The position numbers and the translations under genes are program-made. The notes under the pieces were generated by a model. That model saw nothing but the letters and a program-made list of their open reading frames with translations, was not told where the DNA came from and did not search any database. Positions 39,481 to 50,285 of a stretch of 64,000 nt of DNA are shown one piece after another; within the stretch, counting starts at the first letter, position 1, and every line of letters starts with the position of its first letter. Source of the DNA: Candidatus Spongiisociaceae bacterium (GTDB lineage: Bacteria > Actinomycetota > Acidimicrobiia > Spongiisociales > Spongiisociaceae); assembly GCA_965262915.1 (NCBI GenBank), contig OZ253564.1, positions 4,768,001 through 4,832,000 of the forward strand, in the 5' to 3' direction.

Positions 39481-40122
39481 TCAGCCGGACGGTAGGGGAA
39501 CGCCTTCAGGGCGATTCCCGAATCGGGCGTCCTCCGTCCGGGTTCGTTTCAGTTCCCAGAATCCGGGGGTGAGGGTGGCCGCCACGACGATGTCCCAGAG
39601 TTGGAGGGAGGCGTCGCGGGGCGGGACCCGGCTGATCACCGGACCGAATATCCCCACCCGGCCGCCGTGGCCGTCCCCAATGGCGATGATCGGAGTCCCC
39701 ACATCCTCGCCCACCAGATCGAGGCCGGCATCCATCCGCTGCCGGATCTCCCCGTCCCAGCCCTGGTCGTCGAACGCCTCGGCGTGCGACGGGTCGATGC
39801 CGCATCCGGACAGCACCTCGCCGATGTCAAAGTCGAGCAACCGGCCATCGTGATGGATGCGGGTACCGAATCCCCAGTAGGCGCGGAAGACGCCGTCGTT
39901 GCCCTCCTCGATTCGCACCGATTCCATCACCCGCAGGAGCCCGTGCGTGCGCACGGAGGGCTCGTACCGGTCGGATTCCGGACCGGGCCGGTTCTTGAAC
40001 AGGAGGCTGATCGGCTCCCATTCGACGCGCAGATCCCTGACCGGCGCAACCTCGTCGACGACCCACCGGGCCGTCACCCAGCACCACGGTCAGACCGGGT
40101 CAACCCAGAAAGAGATCTCCAT
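39481..40122 (-). CDS. Rv2466c/DsbA-like thioredoxin-fold selenoprotein (UPWC)
   Basis: MEISFWVDPV-TGA(40090-92)-PWCWVTARW in frame with ORF 39481..40077; VGEDVGTP, FGPVIS, GFWELKRTR; next to pepN-like gene. Confidence 0.85.
40057..40075 (-). promoter_or_regulatory. putative bacterial SECIS hairpin
   Basis: GACGGCCC-GGT-GGGTCGTC starting 14 nt after the UGA, G-first loop. Confidence 0.65.
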
Positions 40123-40202
40123 ACCGTTCCTTTCGTCAACCCCGCAACGGTAGCGGCGGGAACCGGAAGAGGCCACCGGCCCACCCCGCCCCGGAACCCG
40201 CG

Positions 40203-42755
40203 TCAGGCAGTCAGTGCGGCCGTCACGGCCGCCGTCTCCCGTTCCCGCATCATCACCAGGGCCCGCAACCGCTCGAGCTTCTGCTCGAGGGCCTTGGCGG
40301 CATGGGGCAGCGGGTTCTCGGCGAAGAAGGCCTCGACTTGGGCTGCCAATCCGGGATGAGACAGCGCCGGAAGGCCTTCCACCATCCTCGAATGGGTCAT
40401 CGGGGGAAGGGAACCGGCCATCCCGGGCCACTCCTCGCGCAGCCTGGTCCAGGCATACGGACCCGATACCCGGTTTGCCAGCATCCTGGCCAGGACCCAC
40501 GTGGTGTCCTGGTTGCGGATGGTGCCGTCCTCGATCAACCCGAAGGTGCGGTCCACCGCATCCCGGTTGTCGAACGTCGCCAGGGCCCGCAGGTACTTCA
40601 TCGCGTCCTGAGGGTTGCCGGCCTCCTTGTGGCGGGCCAGGTATGCACCGTAGGTGGCGCTGTCACCGTGGGAGGCGCAGACGTACAGGCACGCGGTCCC
40701 CACCTCCGGATCCACCGCCGTCGGATCGGAGACCATCCGCTCGTAGGTTCGCCGGGCCCCCTCGATGGTGCCCGCGACATTGGCCAGGCACCCCAGCGCG
40801 CTGATCACCCGGCCGCGCAGGCGGCGCACGAGATCGGTCTCTTCGTCCACGGGATCCCATCCGAGCCGGTCGGCCACGGGCCCCAGCAGACCGGACACCC
40901 AGTTCTCGAAGCCCGAACGGGCCTCGTCGGTGACCAGGTGGTGTCCGATACCCCCGGCACCCCCCAGGAGGGCGCCCCACACCGCCTGCTCGGCCTCATC
41001 GGCGAACGCGGCGGCCATTCCCATGAAGGAGCCCGTCGCGGCCTGGCCCGACTCGACGAACGCCCATGTGTCGTCCACCAGCGTGAAGCGCTCCACGGGA
41101 TCGAGCTCGTCGAGCCGCTCGACGAGAGCAGCCAGCAGGGAACCCTCGTACAGGGACCGGTAGAAGCCGTGGCCGCCGGCATTGGCGATCACCCATTCGA
41201 CCGGCCCATCCACCGGTACCACGGTCCTGCGCCCGTCGAGCAACATCCTGGCCCGAAATGGCTCCCCTCCGGCCATCCCCCGGAGTTGCACCGGGACCTT
41301 CCAGGAGGTCGGGTCCGATCGATCGGGAATGACAAGGAAGCGTCGTTGTTCCAGGGAAACACCCCCCTCAACCGATCGTACCGTCAACTGCGGGTAGCCG
41401 CCTTGAAGGATCCACGTGTCCATGATCTCCCCCACAGGCCGTCCCGACGCCTCGTCGAGGCTCTGCCAGAGGTCCCCGGTCTCGGTATTGGCATAAGCGT
41501 GATCACGTAGATAGGAACCTACCCCCCGGCGGAAAGGCTGCTCACCTATGTACTGCTCCATCATGCGCAACACCGCCGAGCCCTTCCCGTAGGTGAGGGC
41601 GTCGAACATCGCCTCGGCCTCCTCGGGCGACCGGACCTTGAACTCCACGGGCCGGGTACCGGCCAGTTCGTCCACCTTGAAAGCCCAGGGCCGCTCGACG
41701 GCGGCGAACTCCAGCCATCGCTTCCATCCCGGCCGTCGTGCGTCGGTGGCCTTCATCTCCATGAAGGTGGCGAAGGCCTCGTTCAGCCAGATACCGTTCC
41801 ACCACTTCATAGTGACCAGGTCCCCGAACCACATGTGGGCCAGTTCGTGACCGATCACGTCCAGGACCCGCATCTGCTCCGCGGAGGTCGCGGTGGCTTC
41901 GTCGAGCAGCAGCACCGACTCCCGGTAGGTGATGCAACCGAGGTTCTCCATGGCGCCGCAGGCGAAGTCGGGTATCGCCACCATGTCGACCTTGTCGCCG
42001 GGGTAAAGGATCCCGTAGTAGGAGGCCAGGTAGTCGAGGCAGAACCGGCTGCACTCAAGCGCGAACCCGGTCAGATGCTCCTTGCCCCTCGGCACAACGA
42101 TCCGGAGCGGAACACCGTTGACATCTACGGATTCAGTGGCTTCGAAAGGACCCACGACGAAAGCCACCAGATAGGTGGACATCTCGATGGTGTCCGCGAA
42201 CGTGATTGCGACCTTCCCGTCCCCGAACGGCGCCCGACCGATCTCGGCCCCATTCGATACCGCCATCAGGTCGCCGGGCACGATTAGCGTGACACCGAAG
42301 GAGGCTTTGAAGTCAGGCTCGTCCCAACAGGGAAAGGCCCGCCTGGCATCGGTGGCCTCGAACTGGGTGGTGGCGATGACCTGCTCCCGGCCCTCCACGT
42401 CGGTGAACACCGAACGGTAGAACCCCCGCAACTGATCATTGAGGATCCCGCTGAAACGACAGTGGAACTCGGATCGACCGGCCGGGATCTCCTCGGCCAG
42501 ACCGACAACGGCTCGCTGCGCTTCCTCGTCGTACTCCACCTCAGCATCGACCCGGTGACCGCCGTCGACGACGAACCAGGCCTCGTGGATGTCCAGTTCG
42601 ATAGCGTTCAGCACCACCCGATCCGTGGGCTCGGCAACCTCGACTGCCACCACCTCCGACCCGCCGAAAGTAGCCCCATCGAGATCAGGATCGATGCGAA
42701 GCCGGTAGTGCCGAGGCACCACGGTACGGGGCAACCGGTATGGATCGTCGTTCAT
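40203..42755 (-). CDS. pepN: M1 family aminopeptidase
   Basis: TQFEATDARRAFPCWDEP, GAMEN, HELAHMWFGDLVTMKWW..WLNEAFA, ERAP1-like C-terminus. Confidence 0.93.
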   Translation of the reverse strand: MNDDPYRLPRTVVPRHYRLRIDPDLDGATFGGSEVVAVEVAEPTDRVVLNAIELDIHEAWFVVDGGHRVDAEVEYDEEAQRAVVGLAEEIPAGRSEFHCRFSGILNDQLRGFYRSVFTDVEGREQVIATTQFEATDARRAFPCWDEPDFKASFGVTLIVPGDLMAVSNGAEIGRAPFGDGKVAITFADTIEMSTYLVAFVVGPFEATESVDVNGVPLRIVVPRGKEHLTGFALECSRFCLDYLASYYGILYPGDKVDMVAIPDFACGAMENLGCITYRESVLLLDEATATSAEQMRVLDVIGHELAHMWFGDLVTMKWWNGIWLNEAFATFMEMKATDARRPGWKRWLEFAAVERPWAFKVDELAGTRPVEFKVRSPEEAEAMFDALTYGKGSAVLRMMEQYIGEQPFRRGVGSYLRDHAYANTETGDLWQSLDEASGRPVGEIMDTWILQGGYPQLTVRSVEGGVSLEQRRFLVIPDRSDPTSWKVPVQLRGMAGGEPFRARMLLDGRRTVVPVDGPVEWVIANAGGHGFYRSLYEGSLLAALVERLDELDPVERFTLVDDTWAFVESGQAATGSFMGMAAAFADEAEQAVWGALLGGAGGIGHHLVTDEARSGFENWVSGLLGPVADRLGWDPVDEETDLVRRLRGRVISALGCLANVAGTIEGARRTYERMVSDPTAVDPEVGTACLYVCASHGDSATYGAYLARHKEAGNPQDAMKYLRALATFDNRDAVDRTFGLIEDGTIRNQDTTWVLARMLANRVSGPYAWTRLREEWPGMAGSLPPMTHSRMVEGLPALSHPGLAAQVEAFFAENPLPHAAKALEQKLERLRALVMMRERETAAVTAALTA

Positions 42756-42904
42756 CGTGACTCCAGCGCTCGGGAACAAGCCGGACGGAAGCGGCAGGAC
42801 GGAATACGATCAGTCCGTATGAAGCTCGTCGGCATCACCCGCATGATATGCGCGGCGCACCGCCCGGCCTGTCCGTACAGATACCGCCGGCCCGGAGCCG
42901 GACG

Positions 42905-43912
42905 GTGAGCGGTCCGGGCTTGCTCAGGTTCGATCCCGTACTGGTACCGAAACCGTGGGGTGGAAGGAGGTTGGTTCGTCTCGGCAAGAAACCCCCGGCG
43001 GGTCGACCTCCCGCCACCCGCTACGGAGAGTCCTGGGAAATAGCAGACCTCCCGGAGAGGGCACTATCCGCATCGCAACAAGGACGCACGCAGGTCGCGA
43101 CCGGCCCTCATCGAGGCAAGACCCTCAACAGGCTGATCGCAGAGTATGGGACGGCACTACTCGGCGCTTCCCCCGTGACCCCTGCCGGCGACTTCCCCCT
43201 CCTGTTCAAGCTTCTCGACACCTCAGAGCACCTGTCGATCCAGGTCCATCCCGACGAGAACTACGCAACCACCCAACCTGAGTGGTTGCCCAAGACCGAA
43301 TCCTGGTACGTGCTCGACGCCGAGCCGGGGGCTGCGATCTTCAAGGGGTTCCGTCTTGGAGTGGAGATGGACGATGTGAGGGCTGCGGCTGGTACACCCC
43401 AACTGGCGGATCTTCTGCAACGGCTGGAAGTAAGACCGGGGGACTTCCACCACCTCCCGGCCGGGACCATTCACGGCCTAGGTGCCGGAGTCACCGTCGC
43501 CGAAGTCCAGACTCCGTCCGACACCACGTTTCGCCTCTACGACTGGACCGAGGAGTACGATCGTCCACCTCGCCGGCTACAGATCGGCCATGGTCTCGAA
43601 GCCCTCTCTCTGGATCTGCCATCCGCTATCTCACGCATCCGGATGGACGGGGGAGGAGTGCGCCGGCTGGTGGACACTCCCTTCTACTGGATGCGGGAGC
43701 ATCGGGGCACCGATCAACCGATGATCCTACGGGAATTGCCAGAGCTACGCGTCCTCGTTGTTGCCCGAGGCCGCGCCGGAGTGACAACGGACACCGGTTC
43801 TGCTTTGCAGCTCGGCACCGGTTCCACGGTGCTGGTTCCGGCCTCCTCTGCCATTTCCACGCGTGTTTCAGCCGTCGGAACTACCACACTGCTCGAGATC
43901 GGACTCATGTAG
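42905..43912 (+). CDS. manA: type I mannose-6-phosphate isomerase
   Basis: KPWGG, GESWE, FPLLFKLLD, LSIQVHPD, KTESWY, AGTIHG, EVQTPSDTTFRLYDW. Confidence 0.88.
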   Translation: MSGPGLLRFDPVLVPKPWGGRRLVRLGKKPPAGRPPATRYGESWEIADLPERALSASQQGRTQVATGPHRGKTLNRLIAEYGTALLGASPVTPAGDFPLLFKLLDTSEHLSIQVHPDENYATTQPEWLPKTESWYVLDAEPGAAIFKGFRLGVEMDDVRAAAGTPQLADLLQRLEVRPGDFHHLPAGTIHGLGAGVTVAEVQTPSDTTFRLYDWTEEYDRPPRRLQIGHGLEALSLDLPSAISRIRMDGGGVRRLVDTPFYWMREHRGTDQPMILRELPELRVLVVARGRAGVTTDTGSALQLGTGSTVLVPASSAISTRVSAVGTTTLLEIGLM

Positions 43913-44014
43913 GAAACCGTTCTGACCAGCGTTGACAGCCCACGACTCTCGCTGGTCGGTTACCTACGGGTCCAACCCGTCGATTCGTCGCAGACGGCCA
44001 GTAGGGTTACCGAT

Positions 44015-44953
44015 ATGAGTCTGGAAGAACAGATACGGGATCAGCGCCTTGCCCTGGTCCCGCCGAGAAGCATCGGAGGGCAACCTTCGACGTTCGGCTC
44101 ATACGTCAGGCTCGATACGGATATCGACGGCCCGCTGGACTCCCTTACCTCTCCGGTGATCGTGCGCGGTCGCGCGACCGACGCCTTGGGCCTTCTTCCG
44201 ACCGGCAGTGTTCAAACGGTCGTGACCTCCCCTCCTTATTGGTCGTTGAGGGACTACGACGTTGCCGAGCAGATCGGCCGCGATGACGGACTAGATGACT
44301 ACGTCAAGAGCATCGTCGTGGCCTTCGACCAGCTTCGACGGGTTCTCACCGATGACGGCACCGTCTGGCTCAACGTCGGAGATAGCTACACATCGGGAAA
44401 TCGGAGGTACCGCGCACCTGATCGAAAGGACCGGGCCAGGGCGATGTCGGTGCGCCCACCCACCCCAGAGGGCCTCAAACCGAAGGATCTCATCGGTGTT
44501 CCATGGCGGCTCGCTTTCGCCCTCCAAGATGTTGGTTGGTGGCTGCGATCCGAAGTGATCTGGTACAAGCCCAACGCGCACCCGGAATCTGTGCGCGATC
44601 GCCCGACGAAGGCGCACGAAACCGTATTCCTGCTATCGAAGAACCAGGACTACCACTATGATGTATCGGCTGTCACAGGCCCGAACGGTCGCCGACTCCG
44701 CACGATGTGGGACATCAACACCGAACCTCGCCGACGAGAGGCCGGAGGGATCGATGACCATCCAGCGGTTATGCCGATGACGCTGGCTCGTCGGTGCATC
44801 CAGATCACCAGCCGCCCCGGCGATGTGGTGCTTGATCCCTACGCCGGATCCGGCACCACGCTGCTGGCCGCTATGGAACTCGGTAGGGACTGGGTTGGCA
44901 TCGAGTTGAAACCTGAGTATGTGGAATTGATCGAGCGCAGACTTGCCGGGTGA
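44015..44953 (+). CDS. orphan N4/N6 DNA methyltransferase (beta class)
   Basis: VTSPPYW before DPYAGSGTT; HPAVMP. Confidence 0.9.
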   Translation: MSLEEQIRDQRLALVPPRSIGGQPSTFGSYVRLDTDIDGPLDSLTSPVIVRGRATDALGLLPTGSVQTVVTSPPYWSLRDYDVAEQIGRDDGLDDYVKSIVVAFDQLRRVLTDDGTVWLNVGDSYTSGNRRYRAPDRKDRARAMSVRPPTPEGLKPKDLIGVPWRLAFALQDVGWWLRSEVIWYKPNAHPESVRDRPTKAHETVFLLSKNQDYHYDVSAVTGPNGRRLRTMWDINTEPRRREAGGIDDHPAVMPMTLARRCIQITSRPGDVVLDPYAGSGTTLLAAMELGRDWVGIELKPEYVELIERRLAG

Positions 44954-44989
44954 GCGACCACTGCAACCAGCAAGTGGACATCGACGAAC

Positions 44990-46453
44990 TCAAGCCTGGT
45001 AACTGCCCGAAGTCGTGGCGCCTCCGGTACCGGTCCAATCTGTGTGGAAGAACTCGCCGCGGGGGCGGTCGATCCGTTCGTAGGTGTGAGCACCGAAGTA
45101 GTCGCGCTGGGCCTGGACCAGGTTGGCGGGAAGCCGCTCGGAGCGGTAGGCGTCGTAGAATGCCAGCGCCGACGAGTAGGCCGGTACCGGAATGCCGCTT
45201 CCGACCGCCGCGGCGACCACCCTACGCCATCCTGCCTCCGCCTTGCGGAGCGCCTCGACGAAAAACTCGTCCAGGAGAAGGCTGGGCAGGTCAGGCCGCC
45301 GCGCGAAGGCGACGGTGATGTCGTCGAGAAATGCGGCCCGGATGATACAGCCCTCCCGCCACAGCTGGGCGATCCTGCCGTAGTCGAGGTCCCACCCATG
45401 CTCCTTCGAAGCCGCGCCGAGCAGCATGAAGCCCTGCGCGTACGACACGATCTTCGAGGCGTAGAGAGCATCGTGAATGGCCTCCACGAAGCCATCCCCC
45501 TCGCCTTGACGCAGGGATCCCAGCTGTCCCACCCTTGATCCGAGAACCGCGGCCGCCTCGATGCGTTGGTCACGGAGCGCCGACACCACCCGTGCGTACA
45601 CCGCTTCGGCTACCAGGGTCATGGGATAGCCGAGGTGCAGGGAGGAGATCACCGTCCACTTCCCCGTTCCCTTCTGGCCGGCGGCATCGAGGATCAACTC
45701 CAAGGTAGGCTCGCCCCGCTCACCGGTGTGATCGAGGATGTCGGCGGTGATGTCGATGAGGTACGAATCGAGAAGCCCGTCACCCCAGCGGCGGAAGACG
45801 GAGGCCATCTCACAGTAGGACATACCCAGCCCGACCCGCATCAGGTGGTAGGCCTCCGCTATCACCTGCATGTCGCCGTACTCGATGCCGTTGTGCACCA
45901 TCTTCGTGTAGTGACCGGCCCCGTCCGGACCCACCCAGTCGCAGCAAGGGGTCCCGTCGGCAACCTTGGCGGCGATGGCCTGCAGGATCTCCCGAACCCG
46001 GGGCCAGGCGGCCGGATCCCCACCCGGCATGATCGAGGGACCGTGGCGGGCGCCCTCCTCACCCCCCGACACCCCCGTCCCTACGAACAGGATGCCGCTG
46101 TTGCGCAACTGTCGGGTGCGGCGGATCGAGTCCTCGAAGTGGGAGTTGCCCCCGTCGATGATGATGTCGCCCTCGTCCAGGAGGGGGATGAGCCGCTCGA
46201 TGGTCAGGTCCACCGCCCGGCCGGCCTTGACCATGAGCATGATCCGTCTAGGCGACTTCAGGGCACCGACCAGTTCCTCGATGCTTTGGGTGCCTATCAC
46301 TCCGGTGCCTCGGGCCGGACCGGCCAGGAACTCGGTGGTGCGGGCGGTGGTCCGGTTGTAGACAGCCACCTTGAACCCGTGGTCGTCCATATTGAGCACC
46401 AGGTTCTGGCCCATCACTGCCAGACCTATCAGACCGATGTCAGCGGAAGTCAC
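44990..46453 (-). CDS. gndA: NADP-dependent 6-phosphogluconate dehydrogenase
   Basis: GLAVMGQNL, GVSGGEEGA, KMVHNGIEYGDMQ, QAQRDYFGAHTY. Confidence 0.96.
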   Translation of the reverse strand: MTSADIGLIGLAVMGQNLVLNMDDHGFKVAVYNRTTARTTEFLAGPARGTGVIGTQSIEELVGALKSPRRIMLMVKAGRAVDLTIERLIPLLDEGDIIIDGGNSHFEDSIRRTRQLRNSGILFVGTGVSGGEEGARHGPSIMPGGDPAAWPRVREILQAIAAKVADGTPCCDWVGPDGAGHYTKMVHNGIEYGDMQVIAEAYHLMRVGLGMSYCEMASVFRRWGDGLLDSYLIDITADILDHTGERGEPTLELILDAAGQKGTGKWTVISSLHLGYPMTLVAEAVYARVVSALRDQRIEAAAVLGSRVGQLGSLRQGEGDGFVEAIHDALYASKIVSYAQGFMLLGAASKEHGWDLDYGRIAQLWREGCIIRAAFLDDITVAFARRPDLPSLLLDEFFVEALRKAEAGWRRVVAAAVGSGIPVPAYSSALAFYDAYRSERLPANLVQAQRDYFGAHTYERIDRPRGEFFHTDWTGTGGATTSGSYQA

Positions 46454-46481
46454 GTAACTCCATAGTACGGGAGGACCGAAT

Positions 46482-47180
46482 CTAGTGGCCCGGCCTTCCG
46501 CTCACTCCGGCAACCAGGAAACGGACCAGGACCAGCGCCAAGGCGGCCCCGATCAACTGCATGACTATGAAGCCCGGCGCTGAGCCCGGGGCGATCCCGG
46601 CAAAGGTGTCGGAGAACATACGGGAGATGGTGACCGCCGGATTGGCGAAGCTGGTAGAGGAAGTGAAGAAGTACGCACCGCCTATGTACACACCTACGGC
46701 CGGGGCTACGTACCCCACGCCTCCCCCGCCCGGCCTTGCGATGAGGAATATCACCATCATCAACCCGAGTGTGGCGATCACCTCACCGAGTAGCTGACCC
46801 GTACCGCCGCGCACGGTCTCGGACCAGTGGACTGGATCGAGGGAGAACATGAGGTTCGCGAGGACAGTGCCAACGATACCGCCGACTATCTGGGACCCTA
46901 CGTATGCAGCCCCTTCCCCGGCGGTGCGGTTGCCCATCGCCACGTCCAGCAGGGTGACGCACGGATTGAAGTGGGCGCCCGAGATCGGACCCAGTGACCA
47001 TATGAGCATCATCAGGGCGAAGGCCGTAACCACAGCTGCCTCGAACAACTGGAGCCCTACATCGTTGGGGCTGAGCTTCTGGGCGGCAATCCCGCCGCCT
47101 ACCACGGCCATCAGCAGGAAGGATGTTCCAACGCCTTCGGCCACCACGCGTCGGCTCAACGAATAACAAGGAGACCCCAT
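46482..47180 (-). CDS. MIP/aquaporin family channel (arsenic-associated AqpS-like)
   Basis: ISGAHFNPCVT, FTSSTSFANPAVT; divergent from arsC. Confidence 0.88.
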   Translation of the reverse strand: MGSPCYSLSRRVVAEGVGTSFLLMAVVGGGIAAQKLSPNDVGLQLFEAAVVTAFALMMLIWSLGPISGAHFNPCVTLLDVAMGNRTAGEGAAYVGSQIVGGIVGTVLANLMFSLDPVHWSETVRGGTGQLLGEVIATLGLMMVIFLIARPGGGGVGYVAPAVGVYIGGAYFFTSSTSFANPAVTISRMFSDTFAGIAPGSAPGFIVMQLIGAALALVLVRFLVAGVSGRPGH

Positions 47181-47284
47181 CGGCCGCAAGACTAGAGGCG
47201 TTGCCAGAGGTCCGATGCCATGCGAACGGCAACTCCACCATAGGTTTACCGGCTGTTCGCGACTCGGTCGTACCATGCGATCCC

Positions 47285-47710
47285 ATGAGCACCGCCACAA
47301 CCGTTCCCGAAGTCCTGTTCGTATGCGTCCACAACGCCGGCCGGTCCCAGATGGCAGCCGGCTTTCTCCGTCATCTGGCGGGCGATCGGGTGACGGTCCG
47401 CAGCGCTGGGTCGATGCCGGCCGAGCAGATCAACCCGGCAGTTCTCGAGGTCATGGCCGAGAGAGGTATCGACCTGAGCGGGCGCCTCCCCGCGAAGCTC
47501 TCGCGGGACAAGGTCTCCGCTTCCGATGTGGTGGTGACCATGGGTTGCGGTGACGCCTGCCCGGTGCTCCCCGGCAGACACTACCTGGACTGGGAGCTCG
47601 GCGACCCCGCCGGGAAGGGCGCCGACCAGGTCCGGCCGGTGCGGGGCGAGATAGAACGACTGGTGAGGGGACTGCTGGCCGACCTGGGTATCGAACCCTC
47701 CCGATCGTGA
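47285..47710 (+). CDS. arsC: arsenate reductase (LMW-PTP fold)
   Basis: FVCVHNAGRSQMA, TMGCGDACP, DWELGDP. Confidence 0.9.
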   Translation: MSTATTVPEVLFVCVHNAGRSQMAAGFLRHLAGDRVTVRSAGSMPAEQINPAVLEVMAERGIDLSGRLPAKLSRDKVSASDVVVTMGCGDACPVLPGRHYLDWELGDPAGKGADQVRPVRGEIERLVRGLLADLGIEPSRS

Positions 47711-47728
47711 GATCGGACGAGAAACAGG

Positions 47729-48484
47729 GTGAGGGCGCGTGACGTGGTTGTTCGGCTCGGTATCGACATCGGCGGAAGCGGGATAAAGGGGGGTCCGGTC
47801 GATCTCGACTCGGGAGCTTTGATCCGCAAGCGGGTTCGCATCGAGACCCCGCGGCCGTCCCATCCCGAAGCAGTGGCCGGGACGATCCGCCGGCTGGTGG
47901 CGGCATTCCCCGAGGCGACCGGGCGCATCGGATGTGCCTTCCCCGCCATCGTCCTCTCCGGACGGGTGAACTCGGCCGCCAACGTCGACGATTCATGGAT
48001 AGGTACCGACGCCGACCGTCTGTTGTCGGAGACATGCGGCCGCCCGGTGGTGGTGATCAACGATGCCGACGCGGCCGGCCTGGCCGAGGCCCGCGTGGGC
48101 GCGGCGGCCGGCCGGGAAGGGGTGGTCATCGTCCTCACCCTGGGCACGGGAATCGGCTCGGCGCTCCTGCACGACGGCAGGCTGGTACCCAACACCGAGC
48201 TGGGCCATCTCGAAGTGGGCGGGCGGGTGATCGAGAAGGCCGCGTCCAACCGGGCTCGGAAGCGGGAAGGTCTGTCGTTCGAGGCATGGGCGACAAGGCT
48301 CAACGACTACCTGTCCCACCTGGAGCGCCTGTTCTCGCCCGGCCTGTTCGTGATCGGCGGCGGCATCTCCAAGCGTTTCGGAGAGTACGGCCCCTATCTC
48401 CAGACCCGGGCCGAGATCGTGCCTGCCGCCCTCCGCAACGACGCCGGCATCGTCGGCGCGGCCATGCAGGCGGGTCTCCGCTAG
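47729..48484 (+). CDS. ppgK: polyphosphate glucokinase (ROK)
   Basis: GIDIGGSGIKG, NDADAAGLAE, TLGTGIGSA, PNTELGH. Confidence 0.92.
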   Translation: MRARDVVVRLGIDIGGSGIKGGPVDLDSGALIRKRVRIETPRPSHPEAVAGTIRRLVAAFPEATGRIGCAFPAIVLSGRVNSAANVDDSWIGTDADRLLSETCGRPVVVINDADAAGLAEARVGAAAGREGVVIVLTLGTGIGSALLHDGRLVPNTELGHLEVGGRVIEKAASNRARKREGLSFEAWATRLNDYLSHLERLFSPGLFVIGGGISKRFGEYGPYLQTRAEIVPAALRNDAGIVGAAMQAGLR

Positions 48485-48851
48485 CTGGTCGGATAGCCGG
48501 CACCCGGCCAGGAGGGCTCAGTTCGGCACGGACCCGACTCGCGAAACTTTGCCGCGCGAAGGGGTTGATCCTCTCCCACCGACACCGCGTAGTTGGTGAT
48601 ACCAAGCACCCGAGCGGATTCGAACCGGATGTCATTCGACCGCCCGAGGGATCACGATCTCGGAACCGAGCCGCCCGCACCGGGCGTGGCGGCCCAGACT
48701 CCGATCCCAGGAACGGTGGGGGTGGGGGAGGGCCCTGGCAGGCAAACCGGACAGGCCGGTTTTTCGCGACTTGAACATGGCCTAGCAGAGCGGTGCTCGG
48801 AACCTCGCGGGGATGGCGAGCCCTCGGGGTGACCGGGCCGGCGCCTCCTAG

Positions 48852-48977
48852 GAGGGTGCTGAAAAACGAATCTTGCGGGGTTCGCTGGTTGGCAAACCAC
48901 CTGGTCTGAGCGTTGTGGGCTAGCGTGCGAACCCCTTTGCACAGGGATGCTCCTATGAGTGTTTTTTCAGCACCCTC
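48852..48977. mobile_element. MITE, subfamily B (126 bp, TIR GAGGGTGCTGAAAAA)
   Basis: 15-bp perfect TIR, flanked by CTAG/CTAC; abuts the hflX stop. Confidence 0.82.
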
Positions 48978-50285
48978 CTACGGGCTGGTGGCGAACTCCC
49001 GGTAGCGATCGGCCCGCTCCCGCGGTATCCGCACGCTCACCAGGGTGCCGTCGGCCCGGTGGATTTCCTCCAGGACCTCGGCTTCGCGCCGGAGCCTCCC
49101 GAGGACCTCTCCCCTCGTGTACGGGATCAGCAACTCGACCTGTCGCGAGCCACGGGCGAGGTGATCGACCAAGCGGTCCCGCAGATCGGCGAGTCCGGTC
49201 CCCTCGGTCGACGAAACGGTGACTGCCTGCGGATACAGACGCTGGAGCCGGGCGAGGATCGTCCGATCTGCCAGGTCGGCCTTGTTGAGAACCAGCATCT
49301 CGGGGACATGCCCCGCGCCGATCGAGTCGAGCACTTCCCGCACCGCGCCGATCTGACCCGGCGCCCCGGGTTCCGACGCGTCCACGACGTGGAGTAGCAG
49401 GTCGGCGCCCACTGTCTCCTGCAGGGTCGACCGGAAAGCCTCGACCAGCTGGTGGGGAAGGCGACGGACGAACCCGACCGTATCCGAGAGCAGCATCAGG
49501 CGACCGTTGGCCAACTCGAGCTTGCGGGTGGTCGAGTCCAGGGTCGAGAAAAGGCGGTCCTCGGTTCGCACGCCGGCCCCGGTCAGGGCGTTCATCAACG
49601 TGGACTTCCCGGCGTTGGTATAGCCGACCAGGGACGCCAGCGGGATGGCGGCGCCCGCCCGAGTCTTGCGCTGGCTTTGCCGCGCGCTGTGGACCTCCTT
49701 CATGCGCCGCTCCACATGCGAGATACGGCGCATGATGCGACGCCGGTCGGTCTCCAGCTTGGTCTCCCCCGGACCCCGGGTACCGATACCCCCGCCCAGC
49801 CGGCTCAGCTCGGTGCCCCTGCCCCGAAGCCGGGGAAGGTGGTACTTGAGCAAGGCCAACTCCACCTGGAGCATGCCCTCCCGGCTCGTGGCATGCTGGG
49901 CGAAGATGTCGAGAATGACCGCAACCCGGTCCACCACGTCGCACTCGAACAGCTGCTGGAGGTTGCGTTGTTGACCGGGAGCAAGGCTGTTGTCGAACAC
50001 CACGACGTCGACATCGAGCAGGTCGGCATCGCGCGCCAGGTCCTTGGCCTGGCCGGGGCCGACGAAGGTGGCCGGATGCGGCGATCGTCGCTTCAGCACC
50101 ACCGTGCCCACCGGGGTCGATCCGGCGGTATCGGTGAGGAGCCGTAGCTCCCCAATCGACCTGTTGACATCGCCGATGCCCGCTCCGGCGAGATCGACGC
50201 TGACGAGGAGCGCCTTCTGGCGCGCCACATCGAGATCGGTGACGGTGGCTGTGAGGCGGCGACCCCGACGTCCGTCCGTGGTCAT
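48978..50285 (-). CDS. hflX: GTPase HflX
   Basis: ILDIFAQHA, GPGETKLETDRR, GYTNAGKST, DTVGF, NKAD. Confidence 0.96.
   Translation of the reverse strand: MTTDGRRGRRLTATVTDLDVARQKALLVSVDLAGAGIGDVNRSIGELRLLTDTAGSTPVGTVVLKRRSPHPATFVGPGQAKDLARDADLLDVDVVVFDNSLAPGQQRNLQQLFECDVVDRVAVILDIFAQHATSREGMLQVELALLKYHLPRLRGRGTELSRLGGGIGTRGPGETKLETDRRRIMRRISHVERRMKEVHSARQSQRKTRAGAAIPLASLVGYTNAGKSTLMNALTGAGVRTEDRLFSTLDSTTRKLELANGRLMLLSDTVGFVRRLPHQLVEAFRSTLQETVGADLLLHVVDASEPGAPGQIGAVREVLDSIGAGHVPEMLVLNKADLADRTILARLQRLYPQAVTVSSTEGTGLADLRDRLVDHLARGSRQVELLIPYTRGEVLGRLRREAEVLEEIHRADGTLVSVRIPRERADRYREFATSP

Noticed and set aside
44015-44953. Complete restriction-modification system
   Set aside because: No adjacent endonuclease; the flanks are manA and gndA.
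48607-48629. tRNA-like 3' fragment on the minus strand (GGTTCGAATCCGCTCGGGTGC)
   Set aside because: The T-stem pairs only 3 bp and there is no cloverleaf or nearby integrase.
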